A DNA stretch of 64,000 nucleotides from Candidatus Desulfobulbus rimicarensis. GTDB lineage: Bacteria; Desulfobacterota; Desulfobulbia; Desulfobulbales; Desulfobulbaceae. This document shows, piece by piece, positions 37,882 through 47,641 of the stretch (position 1 is the stretch's first letter; each line of letters opens with the position of its first letter). The notes under the pieces were generated by a model. That model did not search any database. It was not told the DNA's origin and worked only from the letters and a program-made list of their open reading frames with translations. The stretch lies in assembly GCA_008633435.1 (NCBI GenBank), contig RKSL01000011.1, positions 905-64,904 on the forward strand. Direction: 5' to 3'. The position numbers were made by a program, and so were the translations under genes.

Positions 37882-38637
37882 ATGACAAGCTGCGTACTCA
37901 ATCCCACCCGTTTGCGAGGTGAACCACTTCTTCCGGCAACCGGTATTCTAGCTGTAAATCCATCAGATAGCCGCGTGCTTGCAACTGTTGCCAGCGAGGC
38001 TGGATTACAGCGGCATTATCTTTTTAATTCCACATTATTCAGCTCCGAAGATTTTTTTGTGGCCGGGCCTGCCGTTGGTGCTCCCATGGCGGTCATGTGT
38101 CTTGAGAAACTTATTGTCCTGGGTGCAAAACGTATACTGCTCTATGGCTGGTGTGGGTCATTACAGCCTGAACTCCGAGCCATGGACATATTGGTGCCGA
38201 CAAGTTCCCATTCTGAAGAGGGCACAAGTTGCCATTACAGTCTGGCAGAGGATCAATCTTCTGATTATGATTGTTCCCTGCGACGCGAGATTTGCCTTAT
38301 GCTTGAGAAGAAGGACATCAGCTATCAGAATGGCTCCGTATGGACAACTGATGCGCCGTATAGGGAAACTCTTGATAAAGTGAACCATTATGCTGGCCTT
38401 GGGGTCTGTGGCGTTGACATGGAGTATTCTGCGCTTAAAAGGGTTGCCATGTTTCGACAGGTTGAACTTGCTGCTGTGCTGCTTGTTTCTGATGAGTTGA
38501 GTCGGCTTCCCTGGAAACCTCAGTACCGATTCAAAACCTTTAAAAATGCCTCTGGTAAACTGCTGGAGCAGTTGTGTGGTTTTGCTGCGCATGCCAATCA
38601 TAGCATGACAAAATCTGTTGCCGCAACGGGCTGTTAA
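37882..38637 (+). CDS. nucleoside phosphorylase family 1 (PNP/UDP-like) protein
   Basis: 251-aa ORF with 'GAKRILLYGWCGSL' and 'GVCGVDMEYSAL', which resemble PNP_UDP_1 family segments. The Shine-Dalgarno is weak, so the start is uncertain. Confidence 0.6.
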   Translation: MTSCVLNPTRLRGEPLLPATGILAVNPSDSRVLATVASEAGLQRHYLFNSTLFSSEDFFVAGPAVGAPMAVMCLEKLIVLGAKRILLYGWCGSLQPELRAMDILVPTSSHSEEGTSCHYSLAEDQSSDYDCSLRREICLMLEKKDISYQNGSVWTTDAPYRETLDKVNHYAGLGVCGVDMEYSALKRVAMFRQVELAAVLLVSDELSRLPWKPQYRFKTFKNASGKLLEQLCGFAAHANHSMTKSVAATGC

Positions 38638-38670
38638 CTCTCAATTTGATCAATACTTATCGCTCTGACC

Positions 38671-40002
38671 ATGAAAAAAATGCATATTGTCAGTCTCGGG
38701 TGCGCCAAGAATCTTGTTGATTCTGAAATGATGCTTGGCTCCCTCGAACAGGAAGGATATCGCGTGGTGGAAGACCCTGCTGAAGCTGACCTGCTCTTGG
38801 TAAATACCTGCGGTTTCCTGCAGAGCGCAGTGGAAGAGGCTGTGGATGAAATTCTCACTTTGGCCGAATATACACAGGAAGTATCAGAAAAAAAATTGGT
38901 GGTGACCGGCTGCATGGTCCAACGATATGGTAAGGAGCTTGTTCGGGAATTACCAGAGGTTGATCTGTTTATCGGTATTGACGATGAGTTGCGAATTGGA
39001 CAACTGATCAACTCTGCTGAGAACGCAACAAAACTGGCATTGACGTCCATCTCGTCCAGCTCATTGGACTGTACCATGCCGCGGACGCTCTCTACCCCGT
39101 CATTTCGCAGTTATCTGAAAATTAATGAAGGGTGCGATAATCGCTGTACCTATTGCATGATCCCCTCTATTCGTGGAAATCTCCGTAGTCGATCAATTGC
39201 TGACCTTGTGTGTGAGGCCTCCAGGCTGGAACTCAATGGCGTACGTGAGCTTACTCTGATAGCCCAGGATTTGACAGCTTATGGTAATGATCTTGCAACG
39301 CATCCAGGTTTGACACAACTTCTTCAGGCGTTGCTGGCTGACACGGCTATCCCCTGGATTCGCCTTCTCTACCTTTATCCGACACAGCCAATGGATGAAT
39401 TGCTCCAGTTGATGGCTGAGCAGCCTCGGATTATGCCTTATCTTGATATTCCCTTCCAGCATGTCAGTGACCAGGTGCTGAGAAAAATGAATCGTCGATA
39501 TGGACGAAATGATCTGGAAAATCTGGTACAAACTATTCGTCACTATTTGCCTGAATGCGCCATTCGGACAACGATGCTTGTCGGTTTTCCCGGAGAACAG
39601 GAAGAGGATATCAGTGAACTACTCGATTGTCTTCAGCGGTGGCAGCTGGATCATGTGGGGGTCTTCCCGTATGAAAATGAGGAGGGGTCGGTTGCCGCTT
39701 CTTTTTCACAACAGGTATCTGCTGAGGAAAAACAACACCGTTATGAACGGGTGATGGCATTGCAGGCAGAAATCAGCCCCCAAAAGCTGGAGCAATATGT
39801 TGGAAATGTGGAATCTGTTCTGGTGGAAGGGATGAGCAAAGAAACTGATTTACTGTTGGAAGGGCGATCCCGTTTTCAGGCTCCGGATATTGATGGCTGT
39901 GTGTATATAAACGATGGGGTTGCCAACCCCGGTGATATTGTCCAGGTACAGATCACCGAGGCACACACTTACGATCTTGTGGGCGGAATTGTAGGTGATT
40001 AA
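38671..40002 (+). CDS. rimO: ribosomal protein S12 methylthiotransferase
   Basis: MTTase N-domain 'SLGCAKNLVDSE', radical-SAM 'CDNRCTYCMIP', and a C-terminal TRAM-like segment. Confidence 0.9.
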   Translation: MKKMHIVSLGCAKNLVDSEMMLGSLEQEGYRVVEDPAEADLLLVNTCGFLQSAVEEAVDEILTLAEYTQEVSEKKLVVTGCMVQRYGKELVRELPEVDLFIGIDDELRIGQLINSAENATKLALTSISSSSLDCTMPRTLSTPSFRSYLKINEGCDNRCTYCMIPSIRGNLRSRSIADLVCEASRLELNGVRELTLIAQDLTAYGNDLATHPGLTQLLQALLADTAIPWIRLLYLYPTQPMDELLQLMAEQPRIMPYLDIPFQHVSDQVLRKMNRRYGRNDLENLVQTIRHYLPECAIRTTMLVGFPGEQEEDISELLDCLQRWQLDHVGVFPYENEEGSVAASFSQQVSAEEKQHRYERVMALQAEISPQKLEQYVGNVESVLVEGMSKETDLLLEGRSRFQAPDIDGCVYINDGVANPGDIVQVQITEAHTYDLVGGIVGD

Positions 40003-40009
40003 GGAAAAG

Positions 40010-40315
40010 CTATTTTTTCTTTTTTTTGCTCTTTCTACCAGCTGCATCAACCCGTTCGCGCAAGTCTTTTCCTACTTTGAAGAACGGAAGTTTTTTTGGG
40101 GCCACTTTAATTTTTTCACCTGTTTTTGGATTCCTGCCGGTGTAGGATTCGTATTCTTTGACAACAAAACTGCCAAAACCGCGAATTTCTATTGAATCCC
40201 CGGATGCCAGAGCATCACTCATGGTTTCGATGATGGTGTTGGTGATGGACGCAGCTTCGCGAATCGGCAGGTTGATTTCTTCGGCGAGTACTTCAATCAG
40301 TTCCGATTTATTCAT
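40010..40315 (-). CDS. IHF/HU-family DNA-binding protein (IHF-beta-like) with a Lys-rich tail
   Basis: 'MNKSELIEVLAEE...IEIRGFGSFVVKEYESYTGRNPKTGEKIKV...FKVGKDLRERV' ending in 'RKSKKKKK'. The start is taken at the internal Met (40315). Confidence 0.8.
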   Translation of the reverse strand: MNKSELIEVLAEEINLPIREAASITNTIIETMSDALASGDSIEIRGFGSFVVKEYESYTGRNPKTGEKIKVAPKKLPFFKVGKDLRERVDAAGRKSKKKKK

Positions 40316-40470
40316 CCTTTTCTCTCCCTTTGACAGCAATGCCAGATACTGGTGGTTAAGGTAAGGCCACGTTCTATGAGCCTCTACATCTTGATACTGC
40401 GATGATTTCACACGTTGTTAAATAACTATTAAAAGTAAATCAGGTATATTTCTGATTGTAAAGGGGTTTT

Positions 40471-41178
40471 TCAGAAAAAGAGTTTTTTTAGGTCAATTTG
40501 GCTTAAATATCTGTATTTTCCAGATTTCAGCCCACCCAATTTGAGTCGACCATAGGCTGTGCGCTTGAGCCGTAAAACATGATGGCCAATAGCCTGAAAC
40601 ATTTTACGGACTTGCCTTTTTTTGCCCTCGTGGATAATGATCTGGATAACTGTTGTTCCTTTTTCTCTGCGCAGCACCTTTAAGGTCGCTGGCCAGGTTT
40701 TATGGGTATCAAGGAGTATGCCCTGCTCAAGACGACGAAGATCGACCTGTTTTGGTTGTCCCTGTACTGTAGCCTCGTAGGTTTTGTTCACTTCAAAGCG
40801 GGGATGAAGGATTTTATTGGCCAGAGCACCATCATTGGTTAAAAGAAGTGCTCCTTCACTGTTTACGTCCAGGCGTCCTACAGGGAAGACTCGTTCCTTC
40901 AGATCCGGAAGTAGGTCGGTAACTATTTTCCGCCCCTGGGGATCAGCCATTGTGGTGACGTAACCCACTGGTTTGTTAAGCAGAATGTATATAGATTTTT
41001 CACGTTGAATGGGCTTGCCATCAACGGTGATTCGAACATCTTGCGGGTCAACTTTGAGACCGGGTTGACTGACCACCCGGCCATCCACTGCAACCCTGCC
41101 GGAGGCAATGTAGGTCTCTGCCTTTCTTCGTGAGCAGATCCCGGCATGGGCAATGATTTTTTGCAGGCGTTCTTGCAT
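40471..41178 (-). CDS. rluB: RsuA/RluB-family pseudouridine synthase
   Basis: S4 domain 'RLQKIIAHAGICSRRKAE' and catalytic motif 'GRLDVNSEGALLLTNDG'. Confidence 0.8.
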   Translation of the reverse strand: MQERLQKIIAHAGICSRRKAETYIASGRVAVDGRVVSQPGLKVDPQDVRITVDGKPIQREKSIYILLNKPVGYVTTMADPQGRKIVTDLLPDLKERVFPVGRLDVNSEGALLLTNDGALANKILHPRFEVNKTYEATVQGQPKQVDLRRLEQGILLDTHKTWPATLKVLRREKGTTVIQIIIHEGKKRQVRKMFQAIGHHVLRLKRTAYGRLKLGGLKSGKYRYLSQIDLKKLFF

Positions 41179-41211
41179 GGCAACTGATAGTATCCCTTGA
41201 AATCAGGTGAA

Positions 41212-42984
41212 TCAGCGCCACTTGGCGGGAATAATGGCGTTGAATTTGCTGTCCACAAGAGCCTTGGTTTGAGGGTCTACCTCTAGCACATCCGTGTACC
41301 AGGGCTTCATTCTGCAGTCAAACACAATAGGCTCTTCAAGGCCGACATGGAATCGTTGTACGTGCGAAACAGCACCATGTATATCAGCAGCCGGTTCAAA
41401 ACGGGTGAAAAACGTCCATAAAAATTCCTGGAGATTGCGCGTTGTCTCAGCGGTTGAATCAACGAGTATCACCACCGGCCAGTTGCCAAGCCCCGTCCAG
41501 GATGCCAGGGTTTTTCCAAGATCAGTATCCTCTTCATACGATACCCCCTGGACAACCATGGTACCGGGGAGAAATACCCGGGGTAAAGAGCATCCTTCCG
41601 GTAAAGAACCTGAAAATGTTGATCGTAGTTCCCGTTTTTTGTCTTTGCCAAGCCCCATCATCATTGCCTTGGAGCCTTTGTTGACAGAGGGCCCAGTGTA
41701 GTCCAGAGTGTCCTGGGAGACATTGGCAAAAATAAAGAGGTCTTCCTGCCAGTTGATACGTTCTAGAACGTGTTGCCAGAGAGCCGGAAAATCTGCCATA
41801 TCAAGTGCGCCGTCTGTGAGTATCAGAAATTTGGTCAGCGAAAGCTGGCCCTCTCCCAGAATGCGCAATCCGGCAGCAAAGGCTTCTCTTTGGTAACGGT
41901 TACTGACGCGTGCTGCAGCCAAGCAGTGGAAGCCTGTCTCCCCATAGGTCTTAAGCTGGTGGACACCATTCATCACCAGAGGGAAAAGTGGCGAGAGCAG
42001 TTCCTGGAGAAAATCACCAATGTAAAAATCTTCCTGTCTGGGGCGACCGACAACGGTGGCGGGGTAGATGGCGTTATTGCGGTGATACAGATGGGTTGTC
42101 TGAAACACCGGATAGTCATGGGTCAGGGAGTCATATCCGTAATGATCACCAAAAGGCCCCTCTGGTTGACGAATATGGGGAGCAACGCTGCCTTTTACGG
42201 CAAATTCCGCCTCGGCCACCAGCCGGTGCCCTCCCAGCGGGTCGATGGCCATGTTCAGTTTTTTCCCCTGGAGCAGGGAAGCCAGCATCAGCTCCGGGAT
42301 GTCTTCTGGCAACGGAGCAATTGCTGCAAGCATTAGTGCGGGCGGACCGCCGATAAACAGGGTCATGTCCAGAGGCTGGTTACGTTTTTCAGCCTCATAA
42401 TAATGGTAGCCGCCCCCCTTGTGGATCTGCCAGTGAATACCGGTACTGGTCTCATCATAACGCTGGATACGGTACATTCCCAGGTTATGACCGCGTCCGT
42501 CGGGATGTTCGGTATAGACCAGGGGCAGGGTAACAAAAGCGCCGCCATCAGAATGCCAGGAGGTGAGCATGGGTAGCGTACTCAAACGGGAGGGGCGTTG
42601 CAGGTTTTCAAGGATTGCTGCAGATTTACTGTTTTTCAGCCCGATTTTCAATGCCTGCGTGGCAAGTGGTCTTGCCTGCCACAGAGAAGAAAGCGTTGGA
42701 GGCATGATATTTTCAACAAGATTGACCAGATCTTTGACAAAGTTCACAGGTCTTTTGCCAAAGGCCAGTTCCAGGCGATGGTTGGTGCCAAAAAGATTGG
42801 TAACCACTGGAAAAGAAGAACCTTTAACTTTGGTAAAGAGTAATGCCGGACCGCCACGTTCAATGACCCGGCGATGAATTTCTGCAATTTCAAGATGGGG
42901 ATCGACCTCATTGTCGATGGTTAGCAGAACATTTTCTTTGCGTAGAACATCGAGATAATCGCGTAGATTACATAAAACTTTCAT
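41212..42984 (-). CDS. UbiD-family (prenyl-FMN dependent) decarboxylase, menaquinone/ubiquinone-type
   Basis: 590-aa ORF. UbiD-like length and segments are present ('GMYRIQ', 'HKGGGYH', 'GPFGDHYGY'). Confidence 0.8.
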   Translation of the reverse strand: MKVLCNLRDYLDVLRKENVLLTIDNEVDPHLEIAEIHRRVIERGGPALLFTKVKGSSFPVVTNLFGTNHRLELAFGKRPVNFVKDLVNLVENIMPPTLSSLWQARPLATQALKIGLKNSKSAAILENLQRPSRLSTLPMLTSWHSDGGAFVTLPLVYTEHPDGRGHNLGMYRIQRYDETSTGIHWQIHKGGGYHYYEAEKRNQPLDMTLFIGGPPALMLAAIAPLPEDIPELMLASLLQGKKLNMAIDPLGGHRLVAEAEFAVKGSVAPHIRQPEGPFGDHYGYDSLTHDYPVFQTTHLYHRNNAIYPATVVGRPRQEDFYIGDFLQELLSPLFPLVMNGVHQLKTYGETGFHCLAAARVSNRYQREAFAAGLRILGEGQLSLTKFLILTDGALDMADFPALWQHVLERINWQEDLFIFANVSQDTLDYTGPSVNKGSKAMMMGLGKDKKRELRSTFSGSLPEGCSLPRVFLPGTMVVQGVSYEEDTDLGKTLASWTGLGNWPVVILVDSTAETTRNLQEFLWTFFTRFEPAADIHGAVSHVQRFHVGLEEPIVFDCRMKPWYTDVLEVDPQTKALVDSKFNAIIPAKWR

Positions 42985-42989
42985 AGGAA

Positions 42990-43241
42990 TCAGTGGTGGT
43001 GGTCGTGATCATTTAAAAAGAGTTCATGGTACTCTTTTTCGGTGAGATGGTTGCGTAAGACACCAGATAACTGATCAACAACTGCCGCTATTTCCTGATC
43101 GTTCATGCGGGGAATAAGGGCACGTAACAGCTGCTTCTGGCTGAAGAGCTGCAAAAATAAGGCAAGGGAATATTCGTCGGTTTCACGGCTCAGGCCAAAA
43201 CAGATTTCCCGTGCATCGATACCTGGTGGTATATTGCTCAT
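42990..43241 (-). CDS. small hypothetical protein with a C-terminal 'HDHHH' tail
   Basis: 83-aa ORF tightly packed between yjbQ (ATGA overlap) and the UbiD gene (5-nt gap). Confidence 0.5.
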   Translation of the reverse strand: MSNIPPGIDAREICFGLSRETDEYSLALFLQLFSQKQLLRALIPRMNDQEIAAVVDQLSGVLRNHLTEKEYHELFLNDHDHHH

Positions 43242-43642
43242 CCTTTGATAATCTTCCAGTTAATTTTTCGGCTCCTCGGGCCATCAAATTCACAGAAGAA
43301 TATACGCTGCCAGGTACCAAGTTGCAACCTGCCATTGCTGATAAAGATGGTTAAACTCGATCCAGTGAGGGTGGCCATCATGTGCGATGGTGAATTACCC
43401 TCGGCGTGTTGATACGGATATTTGAGGGGGATAATCTGTTTAAAGACACCTAAAAGGTCATCTTGCACTGCAGGGTCACATCCTTCGTTGATGGTCAGTC
43501 CTGCTGTGGTGTGAGGGTTAAACAGACAGCAGATGCCCTCGGCTACCGCCGAGGCATCCACGGCCTGTTGCGCCAGGCTGGTGATATCCACAAACTCCAT
43601 GAAACTGGAGGTGGAAACAGCAAAGCTACCGGCATGTTTCAT
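43238..43642 (-). CDS. yjbQ: YjbQ/UPF0047 family protein (secondary thiamine-phosphate synthase-like)
   Basis: 'NPHTTAGLTINEG' and 'EGNSPSHMMATLTGSS...GRLQLGTWQ'. Confidence 0.85.
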   Translation of the reverse strand: MKHAGSFAVSTSSFMEFVDITSLAQQAVDASAVAEGICCLFNPHTTAGLTINEGCDPAVQDDLLGVFKQIIPLKYPYQHAEGNSPSHMMATLTGSSLTIFISNGRLQLGTWQRIFFCEFDGPRSRKINWKIIKG

Positions 43643-43651
43643 TATATACGC

Positions 43652-44095
43652 CTACTGAATCTGCCAGTGGCCATAATCGTCGCGGCAGGCTGTTGCATAG
43701 GTTCGCTCTGTTTTACCATCGATAATGGCTGTTATTTCTGCCTTACGGCAGGGGCGTGAATTGCTGGTATACGCTGGTTGAGGTGTGACTTTATACTGAG
43801 TACCCTTGTCCGGGTTCACCCAGGAACTTGTCTGACCGGAAACGCCGCGTTCATAAACGTGGTTGAGTTCCTGGCGGTCGTATTTGTCCATTTCATTGCC
43901 AACGATATAGCCAATCGCCATACCAATGGCTGTGCCAATAAGGGTGGCTTCAGTGTTATGACCGATTGCCTGTCCGGCAATAGCTCCGCCTGCGGCTCCC
44001 TGTACTGCACCAAGTTGGGCTCTGTTCATATCGGCCCCCGTACAGGCTGAAAGCAGAAAAAGAGTCATGACAGCCATGATTTGTAATGTTTTCAT
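43652..44095 (-). CDS. glycine-zipper surface lipoprotein (17-kDa antigen-like)
   Basis: Lipobox 'LLSAC', glycine-zipper 'GAAGGAIAGQAIG...GTAIGMAIGYIVG', and a Cys pair in the C-terminal domain. Confidence 0.7.
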   Translation of the reverse strand: MKTLQIMAVMTLFLLSACTGADMNRAQLGAVQGAAGGAIAGQAIGHNTEATLIGTAIGMAIGYIVGNEMDKYDRQELNHVYERGVSGQTSSWVNPDKGTQYKVTPQPAYTSNSRPCRKAEITAIIDGKTERTYATACRDDYGHWQIQ

Positions 44096-44134
44096 TGTGT
44101 TCTCCTTGTAATAATATGGATGTAAATACCGGTT

Positions 44135-45487
44135 TTAATAGATGGTTGAGGGTTGCCTCTTTGCAGCTAATTTTTTTGTCGGCTGGACACCAAGTTTTTT
44201 GAGAACATTGGTGCGGGATATCAGATTGCCCTGGCCGGTTGCCAGCCGTTTTTCCGCAACATGCCAGCTCTGTGTCGCCTGGTTGAGCCGGGTACCTATC
44301 TCGTCAAATGCCTCAACAAACCCGACAAATTTATCGTAAAGATTCCCTGCCTCTTTGGCTATCTGTAACCCGTTGCTGTTTTGCTCATCAAGTCTCCACA
44401 TATGATGAATGGTACGCAGGATGGCCAGCAGCGTTGAGGGGCCGGAGACTATCACCTTTTGTTTCATTGCCCGGGTGAGTAACTCCTGGTTTGCACTGAT
44501 TGCCGCCTGGAAAGCTCCTTCCACCGGTATAAACAGCAGGACAAAATCCACTGTAGTCAGCCCGGGCAGATGCTGATACTCTTTGCCGGATAAGTCCCGT
44601 ACATGTTTCCGCACGGAGTCTGCGAGGGCGTTGACATGGTTTTGCCGTTCCTTACTGTTTTCTGCGCTACAGGCTGCAAGATAGCTGACCAGTGAAACCT
44701 TGGCATCTATGACAATATCACGTTTGCCCGGAAGATGGATAACCACATCCGGTTGTTTGAGCCTGCCATTGTCGTCGCGCAGCGTAACCTGGGTTTCAAA
44801 TTCCTGTCCGGGGCGTAAACCGGAATCTTCCAGGAGCTTTTCCAGTAACATCTCGCCCCATTGCCCCTGCAGTTTATTTTTACCCTTCAGGGCACGGGTC
44901 AGTTGAACAGCATCATGGCTGATGCGTTCGTTCAGGGATTTCAACTGTTCTATCTCATTAATCAATGAAACCCGATCCTTGGATTCACTATCGTACACTG
45001 TTTCAACTTTCTGCTTAAACCCGTCCAGTTGCTCACGCATGGGTTGCAGCAATCCCCTGAGACCATCAGCGTGCTGGTCACGTAAAACTCTGCCCTGCTC
45101 GGCCAGGGTTTTGCGGGAAAGATTGGCAAAATCCTCTTCCATCTGTTCCTTTGTTTGCTGAAACAGGGTTGCCCTTTCACGGGCAATGGTGCGGGTTTCC
45201 CGTAAGCGCGCTTCAAAATCGACATTATCTCTGAACAGCTCCCGGTTCTGCTTCTGAAGGGTTATGGTTTGCTGATCAAGATGATCAACCTCCTGCTCAA
45301 GCTGGCGCACATGTTTTTCGGCCTGTTCAAGTCGCATTGAGAGCAGTAGACGACTACGCTGCAGCTTGTTGGAAATAATCAACAAAATTATGCCCATTAC
45401 TGTCGCTCCCAAAGTCAGGCCGATGAGCAGGGAACCACCCTCTATCTGGCTGATCAGCGCTGTTGCCTCGTCCACAGGAAGCTGCAT
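44135..45487 (-). CDS. rmuC: DNA recombination protein RmuC
   Basis: 450-aa ORF with an N-terminal TM helix, a long coiled coil and a C-terminal nuclease-like core ('PDVVIHLPGKRDIVIDAKVSL', 'FVLLFIPVEGAF'). Confidence 0.85.
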   Translation of the reverse strand: MQLPVDEATALISQIEGGSLLIGLTLGATVMGIILLIISNKLQRSRLLLSMRLEQAEKHVRQLEQEVDHLDQQTITLQKQNRELFRDNVDFEARLRETRTIARERATLFQQTKEQMEEDFANLSRKTLAEQGRVLRDQHADGLRGLLQPMREQLDGFKQKVETVYDSESKDRVSLINEIEQLKSLNERISHDAVQLTRALKGKNKLQGQWGEMLLEKLLEDSGLRPGQEFETQVTLRDDNGRLKQPDVVIHLPGKRDIVIDAKVSLVSYLAACSAENSKERQNHVNALADSVRKHVRDLSGKEYQHLPGLTTVDFVLLFIPVEGAFQAAISANQELLTRAMKQKVIVSGPSTLLAILRTIHHMWRLDEQNSNGLQIAKEAGNLYDKFVGFVEAFDEIGTRLNQATQSWHVAEKRLATGQGNLISRTNVLKKLGVQPTKKLAAKRQPSTIY

Positions 45488-45789
45488 TAACGATTGCTTT
45501 GTTGACGCAGTTTTTCCAGCTCTTCAAGCAGATCAAGTACCAGTGCACATCCGGGAAGGTTTACCCTGAGATCTCGTTGCAGGTGAACGGCTGTCTGCAC
45601 CCGGCGAATCTCAGTATAGGTGAACCTCCACTGCAGGGGTGAGGACGAAGGCGCCTCAATCAACCCTTCGTCAATCATTTCATGGATCCTTTCTGCCGGA
45701 ACATTACATAATGTACAGAGCTCTTTTAAACCGCAGCGGGTGTTTTCATCCAGTACTGTACCGGTGATGTAGGTAACTGTCTTTGTCAT
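45487..45789 (-). CDS. cbpM: chaperone modulator CbpM (MerR-like)
   Basis: 100-aa ORF immediately downstream of cbpA. Its stop codon overlaps the rmuC start codon by 1 nt. Confidence 0.65.
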   Translation of the reverse strand: MTKTVTYITGTVLDENTRCGLKELCTLCNVPAERIHEMIDEGLIEAPSSSPLQWRFTYTEIRRVQTAVHLQRDLRVNLPGCALVLDLLEELEKLRQQSNR

Positions 45790-45856
45790 AATTGATTTAG
45801 CAAAAAATGTGCCAGGTAGAGTGTACCTGAAATGTTATCCGTAATGCCAACCACTG

Positions 45857-46810
45857 CTATACGCCCAGTTCTGCCCTGGGAGAGATCGGCATCTGTTCAG
45901 CCATGTCCTTGTAAATTTTTTTCTGTGCCTCAGTCTTGGGTTTGGGCAGGACGATTCGGAGAACTACATACATATCCCCACTGGCTTTTGCGCTGCACAG
46001 GCCTTTGCCTTTAAGCCGCAGTTTGCGACCGCCCTGCGACCCCGCAGGGATGCTCAGTTGCACGTTGCCGTCAAGGGTGGGCACTGTGACTGTTGAGCCA
46101 AGGGCGGCCTCCCATGGGGCAACGGGCAGGGTCAGGTATATGTCCCGTTTTTCGGCATGAAAAAAAGGGTCATCGGCAAAGGCAATTTCGAGATAAAGAT
46201 CGCCGGACTCACCTCCGCCAATGCCGGGAAGTCCTTGTCCCTCAAGGCGAATACGCTGTCCTTCAATAATCCCTTTAGGGATGGAGACATGCAGGGTGTG
46301 CGGGGTGGTTGTTACCCGCCCCTGTTCATCAACAACAGGTTTACTGAGGGTGATTGCCTGCTTGGCGCCGGTATAAGCATCGCGTAAACTAATGACGATT
46401 TTGGCGTGATGGTCTTCACCTTTCATCCGGAACGATGATTGATACGCTCGACCGTCCCCGTAGTTACGCTGCCCAAAGAGGTTCTCAAAAAAATCGCTGT
46501 GTCCGCCATGCTGATTTTGTCCGGTATATCCGGAACCGCTGAACTCGAAGCCAGCATCCCAGTGTGGCGGTGGTTCAAAATCCTGACCGTTTTTCCAGTT
46601 ACTGCCGAATTTATCATATGCAGCACGTTTTTCAGGATCCTGGAGCACCTCATAGGCTTCACCAAGTTCCTGGAATTTATTTTCTGCATTGGCTTCCTTG
46701 CAGACATCAGGATGATATTTTCTTGCGAGTTTACGGTAGCTGCGCTTGATTTCCTCCTGGGTTGCCTGCCGTGAAACGCCAAGAATGTCATAATAGTCTT
46801 TGTATTCCAT
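45857..46810 (-). CDS. cbpA: curved-DNA-binding DnaJ homologue
   Basis: J-domain '[32 protein letters not shown]'. There is no Zn-finger, but DnaJ C-terminal domains are present. Confidence 0.85.
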   Translation of the reverse strand: MEYKDYYDILGVSRQATQEEIKRSYRKLARKYHPDVCKEANAENKFQELGEAYEVLQDPEKRAAYDKFGSNWKNGQDFEPPPHWDAGFEFSGSGYTGQNQHGGHSDFFENLFGQRNYGDGRAYQSSFRMKGEDHHAKIVISLRDAYTGAKQAITLSKPVVDEQGRVTTTPHTLHVSIPKGIIEGQRIRLEGQGLPGIGGGESGDLYLEIAFADDPFFHAEKRDIYLTLPVAPWEAALGSTVTVPTLDGNVQLSIPAGSQGGRKLRLKGKGLCSAKASGDMYVVLRIVLPKPKTEAQKKIYKDMAEQMPISPRAELGV

Positions 46811-46841
46811 GGGTTTCCTTGTCGGTGACGTAAATATTTTG

Positions 46842-46858
46842 TACTATGTAATATAGTA
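46842..46858. promoter_or_regulatory. 17-bp palindrome upstream of cbpA (candidate operator)
   Basis: TACTAT-gtaat-ATAGTA lies 32-48 nt upstream of the cbpA ATG. Confidence 0.2.
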
Positions 46859-46998
46859 AGTTCAGTAAGGGGAAAAGCAAGAAAAAAGCGTCGCTGGTCA
46901 TGTGGAGAATTATTACCAGCTAACATGCTGAAAATGAAGATTTTTTTCTTGATCCAGCGGCGTGTTCGGGGTGAAGCTTAGAGGGGCAGGGGAAAGAA

Positions 46999-47571
46999 TT
47001 GGTTAACTCGCAATGCTTGGCAAGCCGGTTGAGCCGTATCGTGCTCACCGGTTTTCGAGCCACTGGGAAGACGGCAGTGGGTCGCAGGCTGGCTGTTGAA
47101 CTTGGCTACGACTTTGTAGATACTGATGCGCTGCTGGTCGAGCGACTGGGCAGTCCTATTGCCGATGCGGTCAGAAGCCATGGCTGGCAACGGTTTCGTG
47201 ATCTTGAGCGCAAACTGTTGCTTGAGCTTGCGGGAGGTAACAAGATGGTGCTGGCAACCGGCGGTGGCGCAGTTCTCCATGAACAAGCCTGGAAACGACT
47301 CAGGAAAGACGCATTGGTCGTCTGGCTGCAGGCAGATGTGCAGACTATTGTGGAGCGGTTATCAGCAGATCGTCACAGTGCCGGGCAGCGTCCATCACTT
47401 ACCGGCAGGGATTTCTGCGAAGAAGTTCCAGATCTTCTGGCGCAGCGGGAACCCTTGTACTTTCGCGGAGCAGATATCACTCTTTCCACAGAGGATTTTA
47501 CTCCGGATGAGCTTGCAGCGATCCTCTATGATCAGGTGACAAGCGGCAACAGCAGCAAAGAATCGGCATAG
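46999..47571 (+). CDS. aroK: shikimate kinase
   Basis: Walker A 'LTGFRATGKT', then 'DTD' and 'LATGGG'. The start is a TTG and is uncertain; in-frame TTG/GTG alternatives exist up to 47041. Confidence 0.8.
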   Translation: MVNSQCLASRLSRIVLTGFRATGKTAVGRRLAVELGYDFVDTDALLVERLGSPIADAVRSHGWQRFRDLERKLLLELAGGNKMVLATGGGAVLHEQAWKRLRKDALVVWLQADVQTIVERLSADRHSAGQRPSLTGRDFCEEVPDLLAQREPLYFRGADITLSTEDFTPDELAAILYDQVTSGNSSKESA

Positions 47572-47641
47572 CCGGGGCTGATTTTCCAACCTCAACAGAT
47601 AATGAAAGTCCGGATCAGCAGACGTCCGGCAAGGATACAGC

